Below are positions 60,694 to 64,000 of a stretch of DNA of 64,000 bases, piece after piece. The translations under genes were made by a program, and so were the position numbers. The notes below the pieces were generated by a model. It did not search any database. It was not told the DNA's origin and saw only the letters and a list, made by a program, of their open reading frames with translations. Positions within the stretch are counted from its first letter, which is position 1; every line of letters starts with the position of its first letter. The stretch covers positions 14,142-78,141 of the forward strand of contig JAJZRL010000003.1 in assembly GCA_021802705.1 (NCBI GenBank), written 5' to 3'. Source of the DNA: a bacterium. Its GTDB lineage: Bacteria > Patescibacteriota > Minisyncoccia > Phycocordibacterales > Phycocordibacteraceae.

Positions 60694-61050
60694 TTAGGCG
60701 CCTCCGCCCATGCCCCTCCTTGCTTTAGGGAGAGAAGTACCGGTTATCTTTCCGAGAACGCCTTTCGAACCTTTCAAGCCGGCATGGACATGTTCGGCAG
60801 AAGCGGGTTCGTGCGCGTGCTGTTCATACGGAAGTTCCTGCGAAGGTCCTTTCACTTTCGGCTCATGCGAACGCTTCTCTTTGAGCGAGGAGATCTGCTT
60901 GCCACGATACATGCCGGTCGTCTCATCAAGACGGTGAGGAAGGCGAAGCGCGCCGCTTTCGGCATCCTTGACCGCCTTCACGCCCGAGAGCGCGTGATGC
61001 GACCGGCGATTGCCGGTATGACCTCTGGTATGACGCATGCGAACTGACAT
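60694..61050 (-). CDS. rpmF: 50S ribosomal protein L32 with ~60-aa basic C-terminal extension
   Basis: MSVRMRHTRGHTGNRRSHHALSGVKAV...YRGKQI matches the L32 core (RxxRRSHxAL...GxYRGK). The upstream in-frame extension is rejected. Confidence 0.7.
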   Translation of the reverse strand: MSVRMRHTRGHTGNRRSHHALSGVKAVKDAESGALRLPHRLDETTGMYRGKQISSLKEKRSHEPKVKGPSQELPYEQHAHEPASAEHVHAGLKGSKGVLGKITGTSLPKARRGMGGGA

Positions 61051-61161
61051 GACTTCACCATACCACCGATATCCGAGAAAAGCAAAGCGCCGCTTCCTGT
61101 GGAGCGGCGCAGGCACAAAGAACGACTTTCATGTGCGGTGAGCAAAACCTTTTGGGTACGT

Positions 61162-61181
61162 TTTACGTTAGTTTACGTTAG
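61162..61181. repeat. Tandem direct repeat 2 x TTTACGTTAG
   Basis: Overlaps the stop codon of 61173..61424. Confidence 0.4.
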
Positions 61182-61424
61182 TCCTTGGATGTATTCCTGG
61201 ATACGGCACTCGACGAGTTCAAGCGGTTCCCCGTTGAAATCATAGCGGGCGCAATATCCTTGTTTTTGTTTCTGAGTCCCGTGGTTTGGGCACGCTAGCT
61301 GCCCGTTCCAACGGCAAAACGGACAGAGGGAGTGTTTATCCCAATCTCCGCTTGAAGACAGGATGTCCAGAACGAATTCCGGGTTCTGCATCCCTGTAGA
61401 AAAAAAACTTTGCTCTTTTTCCAT
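61173..61424 (-). CDS. Small Cys-rich (zinc-ribbon-like) protein, 83 aa
   Basis: AGGAG RBS 7 nt upstream of the ATG. Five Cys: CPFC...CPNH...C...C. Confidence 0.5.
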   Translation of the reverse strand: MEKEQSFFSTGMQNPEFVLDILSSSGDWDKHSLCPFCRWNGQLACPNHGTQKQKQGYCARYDFNGEPLELVECRIQEYIQGLT

Positions 61425-61478
61425 TCGTTATCTCCTGAGAACATGTCCGGACCACTTGACCGGACATGAGGAGTACTT

Positions 61479-62078
61479 TTACATCGTTTCGCTGATAAAA
61501 GCAAGATGGAGGAAAGACCGCCGGTGGATAGCACACGGGCCGTGTTCCTGAAGCGCCGCATAGTGAGCTGCCGTACCGTAGCCTTTGTGACGCTCGAAAC
61601 CGTACAGCGGATATCGGTCCGAAAGGTCTACCATAAGCCGGTCGCGCATGACCTTCGCCGCGATAGAAGCAAGCGATATGACAGGAACGCGCTCGTCGCC
61701 TTTCACGATTGTCTCCTGGCGGTACTCGGGCGGAGCGCGAAGCGCCCCGTCAAGCTGCACGAAAACGCGCGACGCGTCCGGTGTAAGCGCACGGAGCGCG
61801 CGCGTAAGCGCCGCGTAAACCGACGGGACAATGCCGTCGCGGTCAATCGCCTCCGCGCTCTCGAACTCCACGACAAAGCGAAGGTCGCCCTGCTTGACGC
61901 GCGTTTCAAGAAGCGCGAAAAGTGCCGCGCGCTTATTGCTCGTGAGCTGTTTGGAATCCGCGACTCCGGGGAATTCGCGTGCGACGTCGAACCCTTCCGC
62001 CACGCTTACGGCGCCAACGGCCACCGGTCCGGCGAGCGGCCCCCGCCCGGCTTCATCAACCCCAAGCACGAATCGCAT
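61479..62078 (-). CDS. rnhB: Ribonuclease HII
   Basis: MRFVLGVDEAGRGPLAGPV (DEAGRG catalytic motif). Confidence 0.9.
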   Translation of the reverse strand: MRFVLGVDEAGRGPLAGPVAVGAVSVAEGFDVAREFPGVADSKQLTSNKRAALFALLETRVKQGDLRFVVEFESAEAIDRDGIVPSVYAALTRALRALTPDASRVFVQLDGALRAPPEYRQETIVKGDERVPVISLASIAAKVMRDRLMVDLSDRYPLYGFERHKGYGTAAHYAALQEHGPCAIHRRSFLHLAFISETM

Positions 62079-62098
62079 ACAGAAAGTATACTAAACCC

Positions 62099-64000
62099 AT
62101 GGCCTCGCGCTTCATCCATCTGCATACGCACAGCCACTATTCATTCCTCCACGCGCTCCCGAAGGTGAGCGAGCTTGTCGAGAAAGCGAAGAAAGAGGGC
62201 ATGGACGCGCTCGCTCTGACCGACGCAGGCAACATGCACGGCGCAATCGAATTCTATAAAGCGGCAAAGGCAGAGGGGGTGAACCCCGTTCTCGGCGTCG
62301 ACGCGTACCTTGCGCCGCGTTCGCGGCACGAACGGGATCGGAACGTCGACGCGAAATATTCGCGTATCGTGCTCCTTGCGGAAACGACTGAAGGATATGA
62401 GAACCTTCTCGCGCTCGTCACCGCCTCGTGGGTGGAAGGTTTTTTCGAACGTCCGCGCATGGATAAGGAGCTGCTCCGCGCAAGAGCGCGGGGCTTGATC
62501 GCGATACTTCCCTCTTTCTCAAGCGACGTCGCGCAGCTGCTCCGCGCCGGGGATGCGAACGGCGCCGCGGCGGCGCTTGCGGAAACCAAGGATATTTTCG
62601 GCGAAGGAAACGTGTTCCTCGAGATTACCCACCACCCGAAGGTCGAAGGACACGAGGCGCTCATGAAAAAGATCGTCGCGCTCTCGCACGAAAGCGCGAC
62701 ACGGCTCGTCGCCCAGCACGACGTTTATTATCTCGAACCGGAAGACCGGGAAGCGACCGAGATCATGCGCCGCATCCAGCAAGGCGGCCGCGGAAGGAAT
62801 GAACGCGAGGACTTCTCATTCATAAGCGAAGCGCGTGCGATCTCTCTGTTCAAGGACCACCCCGAAGCCATAGCGGCGACGCGAGAGATAGCCGACCGCT
62901 GCAAGGTGTCTTTCGAGCTTGGGAAATGGACGTTTCCCGCGGTTCCCGTCTCCCCCGGTTTCACTACTCATGACGAGGAGCTCCGTGCGAAAGCGTATGC
63001 CGGCATGGAGGCGCGCGACATCCGGCCGTCAAAAGACGTCACAGACCGCATCGAGTACGAGCTCGCCATCATCATCAGCAAAGGATTCGCCGTCTACTAT
63101 CTCATCGTCGCCGATCTTCTCGCCTTCGCCCGCGAAGCCGGCATCCTCACGACCACGCGCGGTTCGGCAGCCGGCTCGCTCGTCGCGTACCTTGTCGGGA
63201 TCACGAACGTGAATCCGCTTTTCTACAAGCTTCCTTTCGAGCGGTTCCTCAATCCGGAGCGGCCGAAGGCGCCGGACATCGACATGGATATCGCCGACAA
63301 CCGGCGCGACGAGATGATCGCGTACACGAAGCGGAAATACGGCGAAGACCACGTCGCGCAAATAGGCACCTTCGGCACGATGATGGCGCGCGCGGCGGTG
63401 CGCGATGTCGCGCGTGCGCTCGGACACTCGTACACAACCGGCGATCGCATCGCGAAACTCATCCCTATGGGCGCGCAAGGGTTCCCTATGACCATCGAAC
63501 GGGCGCTCGAGCTCGAGCCCGACCTGAAAGAGCTCTACAACGAGGACGAAGAGGTGCGCGAGATCGTCGATCTCGCGCGACGTATCGAAGGCTGCGTACG
63601 GCATGTCGGCGTTCATGCGGCGGGAGTCGTCGTTGCGCCGACACCGCTTGTCGAATGGGCGCCGATCCAACCGGACCCGAAAGGAACCGGCAAGCTCATC
63701 ACGCAATACGACATGTACTCCATAACCGACGAGTATGGCGGCGTGGGGCTCTTGAAGTTCGATTTCCTCGGTATCAAGAACCTTGCCATCCTCGCTGACG
63801 CGATCGCGCGCGTAAAGGAGACGCGCGGCGTCCTCATCGATATCGAACGCGTCCCCATCGATGACGAGAAGACCTATGCCATGCTCGCTCGAGGCGAAAC
63901 GGAAGGCGTCTTCCAGCTAAACGGATCCGGCATGACCCGTTGGCTTAAAGAGCTCAAACCGTCGACGATTCACGACATAAACGCGATGGTCGCGCTCTAT
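62099..64000 (+). CDS. dnaE: DNA polymerase III alpha subunit, N-terminal ~634 aa (truncated by the window end); not in the ORF track because it has no stop
   Basis: Own translation: MASRFIHLHTHSHYSFLHALPKVSE...ALTDAGNMHGAIEFY (PHP domain), continuing through pol-III alpha palm motifs (GSAAGSLVAYLVGITNVNP, PDIDMD) in frame to position 64000. Only 20 bp (including the palindrome AGTATACT) separate it from divergent rnhB. Confidence 0.85.
   Translation, partial: MASRFIHLHTHSHYSFLHALPKVSELVEKAKKEGMDALALTDAGNMHGAIEFYKAAKAEGVNPVLGVDAYLAPRSRHERDRNVDAKYSRIVLLAETTEGYENLLALVTASWVEGFFERPRMDKELLRARARGLIAILPSFSSDVAQLLRAGDANGAAAALAETKDIFGEGNVFLEITHHPKVEGHEALMKKIVALSHESATRLVAQHDVYYLEPEDREATEIMRRIQQGGRGRNEREDFSFISEARAISLFKDHPEAIAATREIADRCKVSFELGKWTFPAVPVSPGFTTHDEELRAKAYAGMEARDIRPSKDVTDRIEYELAIIISKGFAVYYLIVADLLAFAREAGILTTTRGSAAGSLVAYLVGITNVNPLFYKLPFERFLNPERPKAPDIDMDIADNRRDEMIAYTKRKYGEDHVAQIGTFGTMMARAAVRDVARALGHSYTTGDRIAKLIPMGAQGFPMTIERALELEPDLKELYNEDEEVREIVDLARRIEGCVRHVGVHAAGVVVAPTPLVEWAPIQPDPKGTGKLITQYDMYSITDEYGGVGLLKFDFLGIKNLAILADAIARVKETRGVLIDIERVPIDDEKTYAMLARGETEGVFQLNGSGMTRWLKELKPSTIHDINAMVALY

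Noticed and set aside
60475-61047. 190-aa plus-strand ORF opposite rpmF
   Set aside because: Arg-rich shadow frame; the minus strand encodes a recognisable L32.
61831-62094. 87-aa plus-strand ORF upstream of dnaE
   Set aside because: Lies antisense within rnhB and is out of frame with dnaE. The true dnaE start is the ATG at 62099.

Overview
64 kb of moderately high-GC (~55-60 %) bacterial chromosome, gene-dense and mostly minus-strand, with a lower-GC accessory block at ~9.7-15.1 kb. The core includes a textbook run on the minus strand: rpsP, a KH-domain gene, trmD, rpoB, rpoC, dnaG, rpoD. Other housekeeping genes are rnr, a short smc-like gene, rnc, a nusB-Nudix fusion, rpmF, rnhB, dnaE (runs off the window end), hisS, prmC, pyk, panD and a tRNA-Asn(GTT). 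Cell-envelope genes (two GT2, DedA, PAP2, a 3D-domain protein, a PG-binding protein), three GH130 modules plus a HAD-IIB phosphatase, a P-type ATPase, a UvrD-helicase/RecB-nuclease fusion and a PIF1-like helicase are also present. There are no CRISPR arrays and no rRNA. Streamlined features (short SMC, extended L32 and S16, Lys-rich sigma-70 N-terminus, GH130s) are reminiscent of Patescibacteria/CPR-like genomes, but taxonomy cannot be proven from here.

Most unusual content:
- A lower-GC block bounded on its left by a degraded IS30 element with perfect 27-bp terminal inverted repeats. It carries a mitochondrial-type (FARS2-like) monomeric PheRS homologue (PheS catalytic core fused to an FDX-ACB domain), a PP-loop ATPase with an uncharacterised ~150-aa N-terminal domain, and a PaaK/F390-synthetase-like adenylate-forming ligase. 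That is three ATP-dependent adenylating enzymes of three different folds.
- A tightly packed operon of a ThiF/E1-like protein, a nitroreductase-like protein with a large insertion, and a multi-TM orphan sensor histidine kinase. A stand-alone ClpP-like peptidase gene sits just upstream.
- A perfectly conserved palindromic hairpin motif (CTTGGCGG-TGAAA-CCGCCAAG) present three times, once in-frame inside an FAD-oxidase gene and once overlapping the rnr stop codon.
- A 44-bp perfect palindrome embedded in the rnr coding sequence.

All functional calls come from motif recognition in the translated ORFs. No database searches were run.
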